From IMG/VR virus record IMGVR_UViG_3300048121_001678, positions 186,001 through 250,000 of that record: a stretch of 64,000 bases of DNA; one strand, 5' to 3'. Position 1 is the stretch's first letter, and each line of letters begins with the position of its first letter. A program made the position numbers and the translations under genes. Below are positions 29,157 to 38,994 of this stretch, piece by piece. A model generated the notes under the pieces. That model made no database searches and was not told the DNA's origin. It worked only from the letters and a program-made list of their open reading frames with translations.

Positions 29157-29348
29157 ATGTTAGTAGTAAAAGTAAATAAAAAAGGTGGTATAGAACGTGC
29201 ACTTAAAGAGTACAAAAGAAAGTTCATTAAGACTAAACAACTTAATAAACTTAGAGATGATAGGTATTATGAAAAACCAAGCTCTAAAAAAAGAAAGAAA
29301 TTTCAAAAGGCCAAGTATGTACAAAAAATAAAGGATTCAGAAATCTGA
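29157..29348 (+). CDS. rpsU: ribosomal protein bS21
   Basis: IERALKEYKRK...LR..RYYEKPS..KR; Bacteroidota-type C-terminal KAxY(54). Confidence 0.92.
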   Translation: MLVVKVNKKGGIERALKEYKRKFIKTKQLNKLRDDRYYEKPSSKKRKKFQKAKYVQKIKDSEI

Positions 29349-29361
29349 ACCCTTTATTAAT

Positions 29362-30102
29362 CTATAACCCTTCGTGTAATTGTTTGAGTTTGTATAGTGA
29401 AACTAAATCGTTTTCACTTTCATTAATCTTAGAAATAGTATTATTAACTTTTTCACTTAATTCGTTATCACTATTTTCGTTTAATGTTGATTGAAGCTTA
29501 CCGATAACCGATTCTTTTAATTCAGTCATTTCTTTAGTAATTTCTTCTTTAGTCATTGAAAGTAATCCTTTTAATTCTTCCTTTTCAGTTTCATTAATAT
29601 TATCGTATTCTTTATTGAAGGTATTCGACGCAATTTTCAACATTGTGGATAATGGTAAGTTTACCGATTCTTTGATTACATCTTCAATCTTTGTTTCTGT
29701 AAGTGTGGTTTGAATCTTTAATTTTGATTCGACAACCTGCTCTAACTTAGTTAAAGATTTTTCGTATATAATATTATCGATATCTTTATAACTGTTTTCA
29801 ACAGACTCATCTAATATAGAATTAACCCATTTAGATAACTCTTCGATTTTTTCTTTATTATTTGTAATAATGTCATTTAATTTTTCAAAAGACTCATTTA
29901 AGTATATTATTGCAACTTCTTTAGATAACCCCTTTTGTGTGTTTAATTCATCATAAAGGTAATACGCTTCTGCTAAGTTTTTATCCCCTAATATTTTAGA
30001 TTTAAACCCTGACATATTAGTTTTAAAAGATGACTTTCCGTATGTTGAAATTAATACTCTTTCAATCTTAGATTTTATTTGACCAAATTTATTCATAATC
30101 AT
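29362..30102 (-). CDS. hypothetical head-module protein
   Basis: Between portal and protease; TATTTAT motif at 30111-30117. Confidence 0.7.
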   Translation of the reverse strand: MIMNKFGQIKSKIERVLISTYGKSSFKTNMSGFKSKILGDKNLAEAYYLYDELNTQKGLSKEVAIIYLNESFEKLNDIITNNKEKIEELSKWVNSILDESVENSYKDIDNIIYEKSLTKLEQVVESKLKIQTTLTETKIEDVIKESVNLPLSTMLKIASNTFNKEYDNINETEKEELKGLLSMTKEEITKEMTELKESVIGKLQSTLNENSDNELSEKVNNTISKINESENDLVSLYKLKQLHEGL

Positions 30103-30121
30103 TTTTATTTATAAATATACT

Positions 30122-31996
30122 TTATTTAAGTAAGTTGTTTAATTTTTCTTCCATCTCACCTAATGAATCTCTACCTTTTGATAGGTCAATAGTCTCATCT
30201 TGACCGAACAATGTCGAATCTTCTAAGATTAAATCTAAGTCTTTATTTTTAACAAATGTCTCAGGTGCTAATTCGGGTTCACTACCAGTACCTACTTCAC
30301 CAGCGGGTTCACCACCTAAATCGCCACCTAAATCGCCACCTAAATCGCCACCGAAGTCACTACCCCCACCGAAGTCACCTCCACCACCAAAGTCGTCTCC
30401 TCCTTCAGTATCAGATTCACCTTCAGGTTTAGCATCTTTCTGTCCATATAGTTTGTCAAGGTTATCAAAGATACCTGTATTGACAATAACTTCTTGAGTT
30501 TTTTCTAACTCACCTGCGACCGCCCTTTCGATACGTTGTTGTTGTAGGTCAAGTTTGATTTCCTCATCAGAGAACCCAAGAATATGTTTCTTAGCCCATG
30601 ATGATGAAACAGGAAGGATACCATTACCTGGGTCAGTAGTTGCATCTCTATATAACTGAATCTTCTGTTGCCATTGTTCCACCTTCAACAAGTCCGCTTG
30701 TGACGATGGATTAGTTAAACCTAATGTGAAGTTTTGTAATTCATCTTCAAATCCTAAAATATATAAATGAATTATTGCTATCTTATTTAACTCTTGTACC
30801 ATAGACCTTTGTACTCTATTAATAGTTCGAGCGAAACGAATATCTTGTAGAGCCAAGTTCTTACCTTCACCTGTGACCTCCTCAAAACCTAAGAATGCCT
30901 TTGGTACTCTTAATGCTGTGAGTAATTTCTTTTGAATATACTCTATATCCGCAATTTCTGATAGGTTTGTAGCACCTGGTAAGGTATCTATCGGATTTGG
31001 AGAGTTAGGGTCTCTAACAGGTATAAAATAGTCTTGGTCTACGGCCATTTGGTTCATACGTAGGTCGACATTACCTGTTTGAGGGTCAGCAACTTGGTCA
31101 CGTTTGAACTTATTGGCAACTCTTTGTACATACGGTTCGACATCTTTGTCATCCATATTACCAACAAATACTTTAAACACCCTTCTTTCAGGTGCCCTAG
31201 ATGTTCTATATATTAACATAGCATCTTCAGAGAGAATAAGTTGTTTCCATATTCTTCTGGCTTTTTCCAACATAGAAGTCCCATAAGGAAGTTTACGGTC
31301 ATCACCCAATAATCTAAAGTGGGCAATTTCCCACGTATTGAATTCCATATCCTTAGCCTTCCATTTGAATTTTAACGCATCTTCGTCAGCATCTCCTGTT
31401 GGTTGTTGAATACCATATTGACCAGGTGAGGATTTCATTCCTCTTTCCAATCTTTCGATTTCAATGTTAGGTAATTGTTGTCCACCCACAATACCTTTTT
31501 CAGGGTCCAATTTCAAGTATACAAAGTTATCACCGTACTTAGCGGTGTTTCTTGTCCACATCGGTAAGTTAGTGTCTATATCTAATCTATTATTAAATAA
31601 ATCTGTTAGTACCGATTTAATTCTTTTACTCTCGGAAAAAACTTGTAATATGTAACCGTCTTCGTTAGCTGTTGTTGATTCCTCAGCGTATATATCAAGA
31701 GCCGCAGAAATTTCAGGTGTGAACTCCATACTCTCATAATCGTAAAACGCTGCCAGTCTTGTTGGTTCATAATATACCGCCTGAGTATATAAGTTATTTT
31801 CAACTTTTTGCCATTGTTGACCTAAGTATAGTGTTTGTTGTGCTTCAAGTTTTTCTCTATCATACTCCTCCTTATCACGTGTTTTTAATAATTCTTTCTT
31901 ATCAAAATTGTAAACAGGTGGCTGTTGGTCCAATGTTGAATCGGGACCAAATACTTTGGTTAATCTCTGCCAAACAGTAAAGTTATTTTCTGCCAT
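30122..31996 (-). CDS. portal protein (T4 gp20-like)
   Basis: EDAMLIYRTSRAPERRVF, DYFIP, IDTLPG, DIEYIQKKL..ALRVP. Confidence 0.93.
   Translation of the reverse strand: MAENNFTVWQRLTKVFGPDSTLDQQPPVYNFDKKELLKTRDKEEYDREKLEAQQTLYLGQQWQKVENNLYTQAVYYEPTRLAAFYDYESMEFTPEISAALDIYAEESTTANEDGYILQVFSESKRIKSVLTDLFNNRLDIDTNLPMWTRNTAKYGDNFVYLKLDPEKGIVGGQQLPNIEIERLERGMKSSPGQYGIQQPTGDADEDALKFKWKAKDMEFNTWEIAHFRLLGDDRKLPYGTSMLEKARRIWKQLILSEDAMLIYRTSRAPERRVFKVFVGNMDDKDVEPYVQRVANKFKRDQVADPQTGNVDLRMNQMAVDQDYFIPVRDPNSPNPIDTLPGATNLSEIADIEYIQKKLLTALRVPKAFLGFEEVTGEGKNLALQDIRFARTINRVQRSMVQELNKIAIIHLYILGFEDELQNFTLGLTNPSSQADLLKVEQWQQKIQLYRDATTDPGNGILPVSSSWAKKHILGFSDEEIKLDLQQQRIERAVAGELEKTQEVIVNTGIFDNLDKLYGQKDAKPEGESDTEGGDDFGGGGDFGGGSDFGGDLGGDLGGDLGGEPAGEVGTGSEPELAPETFVKNKDLDLILEDSTLFGQDETIDLSKGRDSLGEMEEKLNNLLK
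30312..30347. repeat. 12-bp tandem repeat x3 (GGDL) in the portal C-terminus
   Basis: CCACCTAAATCG x3 followed by degenerate GGDF copies. Confidence 0.85.
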
Positions 31997-32045
31997 TTTG
32001 TTTTTTTATATAAATAGTAGTAATATTCTACAATAATTCAATCTT

Positions 32046-33821
32046 TTATCTTCTACTTCCGAATAACCATAAATAGTTTTCATAATCACTTTTCGTTGCG
32101 TTACCTGTACGACCATTTCTATAGGGGTCATTTGGTAATGCCGACAGAGAAGGATTATAATTATCTACAGGGTTAGTTACCGGTGTTTCTTGCACATACC
32201 AACTATCAACCATTGCTTTAGTTTGTTCAGTCACTTTCTCTAAAGAAGTAAATGAATTTTCACCTACATATATCGCCATGGCCATTGCCATAATCAAATC
32301 ATCATGTTGTCCTTTTATGTGGTCAGGTCTACCGTTAACATAAACAAACGTATTTAATTCATTTAAAAGTCTTGTTGAACGAACCTTATAATCATGTCTT
32401 AAAGATTCCTCAAAGGAGGCAACAATTTGTACACGTTTACTATTGAAATTTAAACCAGGTATCTTTTCCATAGCCTTAGGGTTGTATTTCCATTTGTCCG
32501 CAGCATTCACACCTTCTACATATAAGTTTTGATACCCCATCTCTTGGAGTTTTCGGGACGTTGATACTCCCATACCTCCCGTAATATCAATAACCACAAA
32601 CGCATTATACATAGTTGCCCATTTAAATGCGATTTCAGCTGCAACATCAGGTGGTATTTTCCCTAAATACTCTAAAACTTGCTCCCTTTCATCAAAATCA
32701 ATAATACAAAACGTTGTGAAATCCTCACTGTCACCACGAGAAACGTCTATACCCATTATGTACTTATGATTAGCAATAGGTTCTTTCCATTGCCATAGTG
32801 AACCACCCATAAACTTATTCTCTGGCGGCATAATATGGTTTTCTTTTAACTTTTCAATAGTTTCATTAGGAATTACATTGTCACCTGAACCTAAAAAGTT
32901 ACACTCAAGCTCCTGAGAAATTTTTCTACGGTCAAACTTAAGTTTTTTAGCCATAGACTCAAACCAGCTGGAGTATGGTTTATATCCCTTATCAAAATGA
33001 TTTTTAATTTCTTCAAAATCTCTTTGTCTAGGGTCTATATGTGTATAATCAATAATAATTTCACTATCGTTATAGTCATCACGATTTAACATATAGTGTA
33101 TAATGTCCTTACACTTTATTAATTGTAAGTTTTTGGCGTATCTAGGGTCTTTATACCAATACATGTCGGTAATCTTAAAGTCATTCATCCCCCTTAATGC
33201 TTGGTCATAAATCGCATAATATATACGGTCAAAACCGTTAGGTGTTGATATTACGATTACTTTACCACCAGTAGATAGTGAAGCCATACATGCAGACCAA
33301 AAGTCATCATCGGCCTCAATAAACGCAGCTTCATCAAAAATAAGAATAGTAGGGGTATACCCACGCAGAGCATCTTTAGAAGTTGCAACCGCTTTAACCT
33401 CACATCCATTATTTAACTTAAAGTGTCTTTGTGAATTTTTTTCATTTGAAAATTTAACCCCTAACCAATCAGGCCATTGGTCAACAAAAGAACGTATCTT
33501 ATTTGCAAATTCCATAGACGTATCTAATTTATTTGCAATGATTAGTATCTTTTCTGGTTTACTCTTTTTAGCAGTAACTAATTTTTTAGACGACCAAGCT
33601 GCGGTAACTGTTGATACACCTGCTTGACGATATTTGATTGCGATATTTTCTTCAAAATTATCATAATCAAAAATTAACTTGTCTTGGTCAGGAAAAAGTT
33701 CGAGTGGTACGTAACGAGATTGTGTGTTGTCGTATGTTTGTAAGTATGTCTTTAATGCATATGACGTATCCTTAACTATTTTCGCGTATTCTACTAATGC
33801 TTTTTCTCTCGTTAAACCCAT
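32046..33821 (-). CDS. terminase large subunit (T4 gp17-like)
   Basis: KYRQAGVST, ILIFDEAAF, ISTPNG, QELEC.F.GS, GIDVSRG, HDDLIMA. Confidence 0.93.
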   Translation of the reverse strand: MGLTREKALVEYAKIVKDTSYALKTYLQTYDNTQSRYVPLELFPDQDKLIFDYDNFEENIAIKYRQAGVSTVTAAWSSKKLVTAKKSKPEKILIIANKLDTSMEFANKIRSFVDQWPDWLGVKFSNEKNSQRHFKLNNGCEVKAVATSKDALRGYTPTILIFDEAAFIEADDDFWSACMASLSTGGKVIVISTPNGFDRIYYAIYDQALRGMNDFKITDMYWYKDPRYAKNLQLIKCKDIIHYMLNRDDYNDSEIIIDYTHIDPRQRDFEEIKNHFDKGYKPYSSWFESMAKKLKFDRRKISQELECNFLGSGDNVIPNETIEKLKENHIMPPENKFMGGSLWQWKEPIANHKYIMGIDVSRGDSEDFTTFCIIDFDEREQVLEYLGKIPPDVAAEIAFKWATMYNAFVVIDITGGMGVSTSRKLQEMGYQNLYVEGVNAADKWKYNPKAMEKIPGLNFNSKRVQIVASFEESLRHDYKVRSTRLLNELNTFVYVNGRPDHIKGQHDDLIMAMAMAIYVGENSFTSLEKVTEQTKAMVDSWYVQETPVTNPVDNYNPSLSALPNDPYRNGRTGNATKSDYENYLWLFGSRR

Positions 33822-33840
33822 AATACATGATTTAGATTTT

Positions 33841-35124
33841 TTATGTTAAATCGATTCCAAGACCACCTAAAAAATCTCTAAACTCATCATCGTCTTCCTC
33901 ATCGTTTTCAATATCACCTAATGCATCTTCTAAATCATATTGACGTAATTCTTCAGTGATTTCATCAACCATTCTCTTAACTATCTTTTCACCTTTTTCT
34001 GAATTTGTCAAAATTTCTCTTGCAACTTCAAAGAACTCTTCAGTCGATAGTGCAGAAAAACGAGAAAATAAGTAATTCTGTATTTCTCTCATATCATCAG
34101 CAAATAAGTCTTCAGGGTAAGATTCGACAAATCTTTCCCAAATAACTGGACCTAACCTTAAATCCCAAATTTCGTATGGTAATGTGTCTTGAGAACCCAT
34201 AACCATTTCAGCAGCTTTAGGGTCATCAGGTAATCCCTGAGTACCTAATACTTCATAAACCCCTTTAATTAACTCATGTATTAATACAGGAAAGAAAAGT
34301 CCCTTGGCTTTGATTGTTGGTGGGTCAGTAGTTTCATCAACTTCTTCAGAACCTTGAACACCCTCACCTGAACCAGCCATCATTTGTGCCATTTGGTCAG
34401 GTACTATCCAATACATTAAATCAGCAATAGACATTAGTACACCATAAAGATTCAAAAGTTGTGGGTCTAAACGGTCCAATTCTTCACGAACTAAACTAAA
34501 CATATAATGACCCTTCTTTGATGCCCCCTGAATAAGAGAATTAATAAAACGTCTTTTTGCCTTTTCCATGTCAAACTTATCCATAGCATCCATGAATGCT
34601 TCAATATCGTCTTCCATGTCGTCAGAGTTTTCATCACCGAACATCTTCATAATATCTTCCTCATCAGGTTCTTCTGATGAAGGTCTCATCTTAGAAGTAT
34701 CAATCTGACCCATACCTGATAATAGCTCTACGTCGAATTGGAATGCATCGTCAGGAAGTGCCATTTCTTTCTTGACTAAGTCAATCGCTAAGTTTTCAAG
34801 ATACTCCTCGTTATCATTCTCAATAGATTTTACTTGTTGTACTGCTCGTTGCAACATCATTTGTAATTCCATAAGGGAGTTTTGATTAGAGATGTCAGTA
34901 ATACCAGTATAACGTTTAACTTTATCAACGACATCTTTAAACCTTTTTGATGCTAATAATTCTTCAAATGTAGAAACAACACCATCACCATCAATATCAA
35001 TATCTAAAGCAGGATTATCTGAAAGAGGTGTTTCACGACCCTGTATCTTCGCTTCAATATCTTGAGCCATTCTTTCTGGCCTGTTACCATAATCAATCGG
35101 TGCCTCTTTAATCTTCTTTTTCAT
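33841..35124 (-). CDS. hypothetical head-module protein
   Basis: 427-aa ORF; contains LIHELIKG. Confidence 0.7.
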   Translation of the reverse strand: MKKKIKEAPIDYGNRPERMAQDIEAKIQGRETPLSDNPALDIDIDGDGVVSTFEELLASKRFKDVVDKVKRYTGITDISNQNSLMELQMMLQRAVQQVKSIENDNEEYLENLAIDLVKKEMALPDDAFQFDVELLSGMGQIDTSKMRPSSEEPDEEDIMKMFGDENSDDMEDDIEAFMDAMDKFDMEKAKRRFINSLIQGASKKGHYMFSLVREELDRLDPQLLNLYGVLMSIADLMYWIVPDQMAQMMAGSGEGVQGSEEVDETTDPPTIKAKGLFFPVLIHELIKGVYEVLGTQGLPDDPKAAEMVMGSQDTLPYEIWDLRLGPVIWERFVESYPEDLFADDMREIQNYLFSRFSALSTEEFFEVAREILTNSEKGEKIVKRMVDEITEELRQYDLEDALGDIENDEEDDDEFRDFLGGLGIDLT

Positions 35125-36385
35125 CTCTAAATTTTATATTTAATGTGTTAAACTTTAAAAAGCTAGGTAATTCTTTTTTTCCTGCTTTAGGTGCTGGTTT
35201 GTGTTTTGGTTTGTAAGGTGTTTTTCTGTCTGGTTTTTCTTTAGTACCAGGTTTAACCCTTGTAGGTGCAGTCTTTGTGTCACCTGCTTTAGGGGCTGGT
35301 TTGTGTTTTGGTTTGTAAGGTGTCTTTCTTTCAGGTTTAGTTCTTGTAGGTGTCTTCACAGGAGCCTCCTTAGTACCAGGTGACTGTTCAGTTAAATTTA
35401 ATAAATCTTTTTTACTCATTCTCTTTGGTACGTATTTCTTAACCAAAGATACAATAGATTCTTCAATTTGTCTAATCTGTTCTTCCTTACTTTCTTTTTT
35501 AACACAATTAGGTACTTTCTTACCGAACATTGTTTTCATACCTTTCTTTTCGTAACCTTTCCAACACTTAGTCCCTTCATTGGTTTCTACTTTTTCAGGT
35601 AGCTTACTGAAATCTTTAGTGTCATCGGCAAACTCATCGGCCCTCTTACACCATTCAGATTTAGGACCCTCTTCCTCACACTTCACAAAGAAGTATTTTT
35701 GTTGTGATTTTGATTTAAATTCTTCATCAACTTCCTCACCCATCTCTGAACGATTATTATCGGAGTCATCATCCATACCATCAGGAGCCATATCATCTTC
35801 ATCATGTGGAGTTTCTTGACCTGTTAATTTTTTCATTGCTAAATCACCTAAAGCATTAGACGATGTTATGTTTTCATCTATTTCCCCATCATCAGATGCG
35901 GGTTCAAACATTTTCACTAACATGTTAAAATCATCTCTAAAGTAACTTCTTAAATAAGCTCTTTTACCATGTACTAATAGACTATCTCTATCTGTTTGGT
36001 ACTCTTCCCAATCATCCCAATAAAAATCAACCGCATCTTCAACGGCACTTTCAAGTTCAGGACTAAAAGGGCTTGGCATTTTTTCAGGCTCACCTAATTG
36101 TTTGTGAATTGATTGATTAAAAAAATGTTGGTCAGAACTACCCCACTCATTTAATTCCTCTTCAGAATCTTCTTCACCTACTAAGTCTATAGTCTTTTTA
36201 ATATCCTTCTGTAATTCGGCATTAACTTGTCTTAATTTTTGTACGCCAGCGACTTTATCAGTTAAACTTTCTTGTTCCCCAATTACTGCGTTATATAATG
36301 TATTGATTTGAGTTTCATTTAACATTTTTAATGACTCAAACTTAATACCTTTATTTAATAAACTTGAAATTTTTTTATTGTTCAT
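35108..36385 (-). CDS. modular late protein with CWKGY module and basic Pro/Lys repeats
   Basis: CWKGYEKKGMKTMFGKKVPNCVK; TPYKPKHKPAPKAG x2. Confidence 0.7.
   Translation of the reverse strand: MNNKKISSLLNKGIKFESLKMLNETQINTLYNAVIGEQESLTDKVAGVQKLRQVNAELQKDIKKTIDLVGEEDSEEELNEWGSSDQHFFNQSIHKQLGEPEKMPSPFSPELESAVEDAVDFYWDDWEEYQTDRDSLLVHGKRAYLRSYFRDDFNMLVKMFEPASDDGEIDENITSSNALGDLAMKKLTGQETPHDEDDMAPDGMDDDSDNNRSEMGEEVDEEFKSKSQQKYFFVKCEEEGPKSEWCKRADEFADDTKDFSKLPEKVETNEGTKCWKGYEKKGMKTMFGKKVPNCVKKESKEEQIRQIEESIVSLVKKYVPKRMSKKDLLNLTEQSPGTKEAPVKTPTRTKPERKTPYKPKHKPAPKAGDTKTAPTRVKPGTKEKPDRKTPYKPKHKPAPKAGKKELPSFLKFNTLNIKFRDEKED
35181..35323. repeat. 41-bp direct repeat (35181-35221, 35283-35323)
   Basis: CCTGCTTTAGG(T/G)GCTGGTTTGTGTTTTGGTTTGTAAGGTGT occurs twice. 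Confidence 0.85.
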
Positions 36386-36785
36386 GATTTATAATATTTT
36401 TTTCATATGTTAATATGATATCTCTTTCATATATCTTATCTTCCACTTCTTTAACAGTATCACCATATCTAAATACTAAACGAGTGAATTTATCTTCTGT
36501 TATGGCTGTAGTTTCACTATCTTCCCACGCTAAGGATATTACACCTTCCACCGCATCATAAACAGAGAAAAAATCTGAATTTTGGATTAAGTTTAACTCA
36601 ATACCTGAATTTCTTAATACTCCAACCTTCTTTATAAAATGAATAAGGGGTGGAGTTGGGTCACCACTAGCAGGTTCTTTATCCCAATCTTCACCCCATA
36701 CATCGTCAACGTCACTAAAAATAAACTCGTAAATATTATCCCCTTTAAAGTTGGGACCAAGTTCGTTAACGTATACTAAATTCAT
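36375..36785 (-). CDS. hypothetical protein
   Basis: Coupled ORF in the late operon. Confidence 0.75.
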   Translation of the reverse strand: MNLVYVNELGPNFKGDNIYEFIFSDVDDVWGEDWDKEPASGDPTPPLIHFIKKVGVLRNSGIELNLIQNSDFFSVYDAVEGVISLAWEDSETTAITEDKFTRLVFRYGDTVKEVEDKIYERDIILTYEKNIINHEQ

Positions 36786-37984
36786 AATAACTCACCCTTT
36801 TGAGAGACTTTAATCTGTTGACCGTCGTTCTCAAATACTAAGTTACCTTTGTTTGTCTTTCCTAAAAACTTAATTGTTTTGTTTTCTTTTAACAAAAAGT
36901 TTGCCGTCAATTCTTGCTCTACTGTTTCACACATTGACTTCATTTCTTTTCTTACCGTTACTTTTTGAATTTTTTCAGTAATAAAATTTTTGATATTTTT
37001 TGATTCAGTCAATGTTTTCTCTTCGTCACTAATTACGAAGTACTTTGATAATACTTTGTCGATTTTAGATTCTGCAAAGATTTCATCCATTACTTTCTCA
37101 CCTACTTCAGCCGATTCTTCCATTGGTTCTTCCATGTCCATATCTAAGTCCATGTCTAAGTCTAGTTCGTCACCCGCATCCACATCTAAGTCAGCCTCAT
37201 CGTCTACACCGTAGTCAATTTCGTCATCCTCAAAATTTTCTAAAATATCTTCTTTATCTTCTTCAGTTAACTTTTCTAAATCAACCGCTGAGATAATTGA
37301 GTTCAACACATATTTAATATCTTCAGAACTTAAACCATCTTGTTGGTCTATAGTTCTTAATTTTTGACCTAACTTACCTGTTAGTTTTTGAATTTCTTTG
37401 ATTGAGATTTCCTCTTCATCTGCAGGTGATTCAGCGTCTAAGTCTAAATCCATATCTAACTCTTCTTCACCACCTTCATCGTCCGTACCTAAGTCCATGT
37501 CTAAATCCATGTCTAAATCCATTTCTTCTTCACCACCTTCAGAACCCATGTCTAAATCTAAATCCATTTCTGGTTCCATTACAGGTTCTTCAACTTCAGG
37601 TTTAGGTGTTTTTAGTACAAACTTTTTTTCTTGTTCACCAAATAAATTTAAACCTTCATCATTTTCATGAAGTATATTCATTTCCTTAATAATCAAATTT
37701 AGTTTCTTCAGTGCCTTAGAATATGAAGAATGGTATCTTCTATTTTCTGCCGGCTCGTCATAAGTCATTTCAGATTCATTTAAACCTGATTTAATAATAT
37801 ACCCATTTTTTTCATGAATAATACTATAATATTTACCATCTGCTAATTGTCTAGTATAATCAACAGTTTCATTAACATTCATATCAGAACGCTCAGTATC
37901 GTTATAACGTGCAATTTCCATGATGCGTCTTAACTTTTCATCACCTTGTAATTTTTCACTTCCGATAGGTTTTAAATCTCCCAT
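36782..37984 (-). CDS. acidic hypothetical head-associated protein
   Basis: DLDMDLD low-complexity tracts similar to those of the scaffold. Confidence 0.7.
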   Translation of the reverse strand: MGDLKPIGSEKLQGDEKLRRIMEIARYNDTERSDMNVNETVDYTRQLADGKYYSIIHEKNGYIIKSGLNESEMTYDEPAENRRYHSSYSKALKKLNLIIKEMNILHENDEGLNLFGEQEKKFVLKTPKPEVEEPVMEPEMDLDLDMGSEGGEEEMDLDMDLDMDLGTDDEGGEEELDMDLDLDAESPADEEEISIKEIQKLTGKLGQKLRTIDQQDGLSSEDIKYVLNSIISAVDLEKLTEEDKEDILENFEDDEIDYGVDDEADLDVDAGDELDLDMDLDMDMEEPMEESAEVGEKVMDEIFAESKIDKVLSKYFVISDEEKTLTESKNIKNFITEKIQKVTVRKEMKSMCETVEQELTANFLLKENKTIKFLGKTNKGNLVFENDGQQIKVSQKGELL

Positions 37985-38009
37985 TTTATATTATTTTTCT
38001 TTTTTTAGT

Positions 38010-38156
38010 TTAATTATTAACTCCGTTTCCACCAAGTTTAACGGTACTACATTGTACTACCTCTGTTCCATCGGCTTTACTATAAACCGCATGAACGGTT
38101 TCAGTCGAACCTGAGAAAGCTTTATATTCCGTTGCCGGGTTACATCCTTGTCCCAT
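38010..38156 (-). CDS. small hypothetical protein (48 aa, not in ORF track)
   Basis: MGQGCNPATEYKAFSGSTETVHAVYSKADGTEVVQCSTVKLGGNGVNN*; TATTTAT at 38171-38177. Confidence 0.65.
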   Translation of the reverse strand: MGQGCNPATEYKAFSGSTETVHAVYSKADGTEVVQCSTVKLGGNGVNN

Positions 38157-38222
38157 AATAGTTTTTATATATAAATATACCGTAATAAAGGATTTGACAT
38201 TATTTCCTATATTTAGGTAGTT

Positions 38223-38972
38223 TTATAACTCGTTTTCTTGTTCCAACGATAGATTTTTGTCTACTAATTCATTGGTGAAGTCGAATAATTTTTGAATATA
38301 ACCATTACGTCTTAAAAATTTAAATACTAAGTTTTCGTAAGAGTATTCACCTTCTTTTTCCAAACCACAACTTCTATATTTTTTTAACCTTTCTTTTACT
38401 TTATCTATTATTTCTAACGCAGTATTTAAATCCTCATCTTTGGCATTACTAATAACTGTATCAATAATTTCCATCCATTGATTTGCCTTTTCAGTTAATT
38501 TTTTCTCATCGATAGACACACTTTCCTTAGTTGGTTCATTAATCCACTCATCATATAATACGGAGTATACTCCTGTTGAGAAATGTGGTTCTGATGAGTC
38601 CTGAACGTATAATTCCGCTTCATAACCTTTGACGAGAATATCGTGGGTGGAGTTAAATAACGTCTTTTTTAATTTAAATAATTCTTTATATAAATTTTTT
38701 TGTTCACCAGACTCGGTAAAGTCATATAGTATGTGTAAATCAATATCTGAGAATTCAGACCAATTATAATTGGACAGTGAACCTGTCATTGTAATATCAG
38801 AGACAAATATATCCAAACCTAAAAATTCTATGAATTCATTTGATATTTTTAGTAAGGTATCTCTAATTTCAGGTTTCATGGCGTATGAACCGCTACCGTC
38901 ATCATCCCATATTTTAGGATTTAATTCGTCCTGTATATAAAAACTTGAAATTATTTTATCTACCATCTCCAT
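38223..38972 (-). CDS. Pol-beta superfamily nucleotidyltransferase
   Basis: TGSLSNYNWSEFSDIDLH (GS...DxD) with a third acidic residue in ELYVQD. Confidence 0.75.
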   Translation of the reverse strand: MEMVDKIISSFYIQDELNPKIWDDDGSGSYAMKPEIRDTLLKISNEFIEFLGLDIFVSDITMTGSLSNYNWSEFSDIDLHILYDFTESGEQKNLYKELFKLKKTLFNSTHDILVKGYEAELYVQDSSEPHFSTGVYSVLYDEWINEPTKESVSIDEKKLTEKANQWMEIIDTVISNAKDEDLNTALEIIDKVKERLKKYRSCGLEKEGEYSYENLVFKFLRRNGYIQKLFDFTNELVDKNLSLEQENEL

Positions 38973-38994
38973 AAGTTATAAATAGAGTGAAGTT

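Noticed and set aside
30312-30400. GGDL/GGDF tandem repeats as a contingency locus
   Set aside because: In-frame low-complexity tail of the portal protein; a length change would not switch expression
23931-33821. Introns or inteins in terminase, portal or capsid genes
   Set aside because: The ORFs are uninterrupted, of ordinary length, and lack intein C/HN motifs
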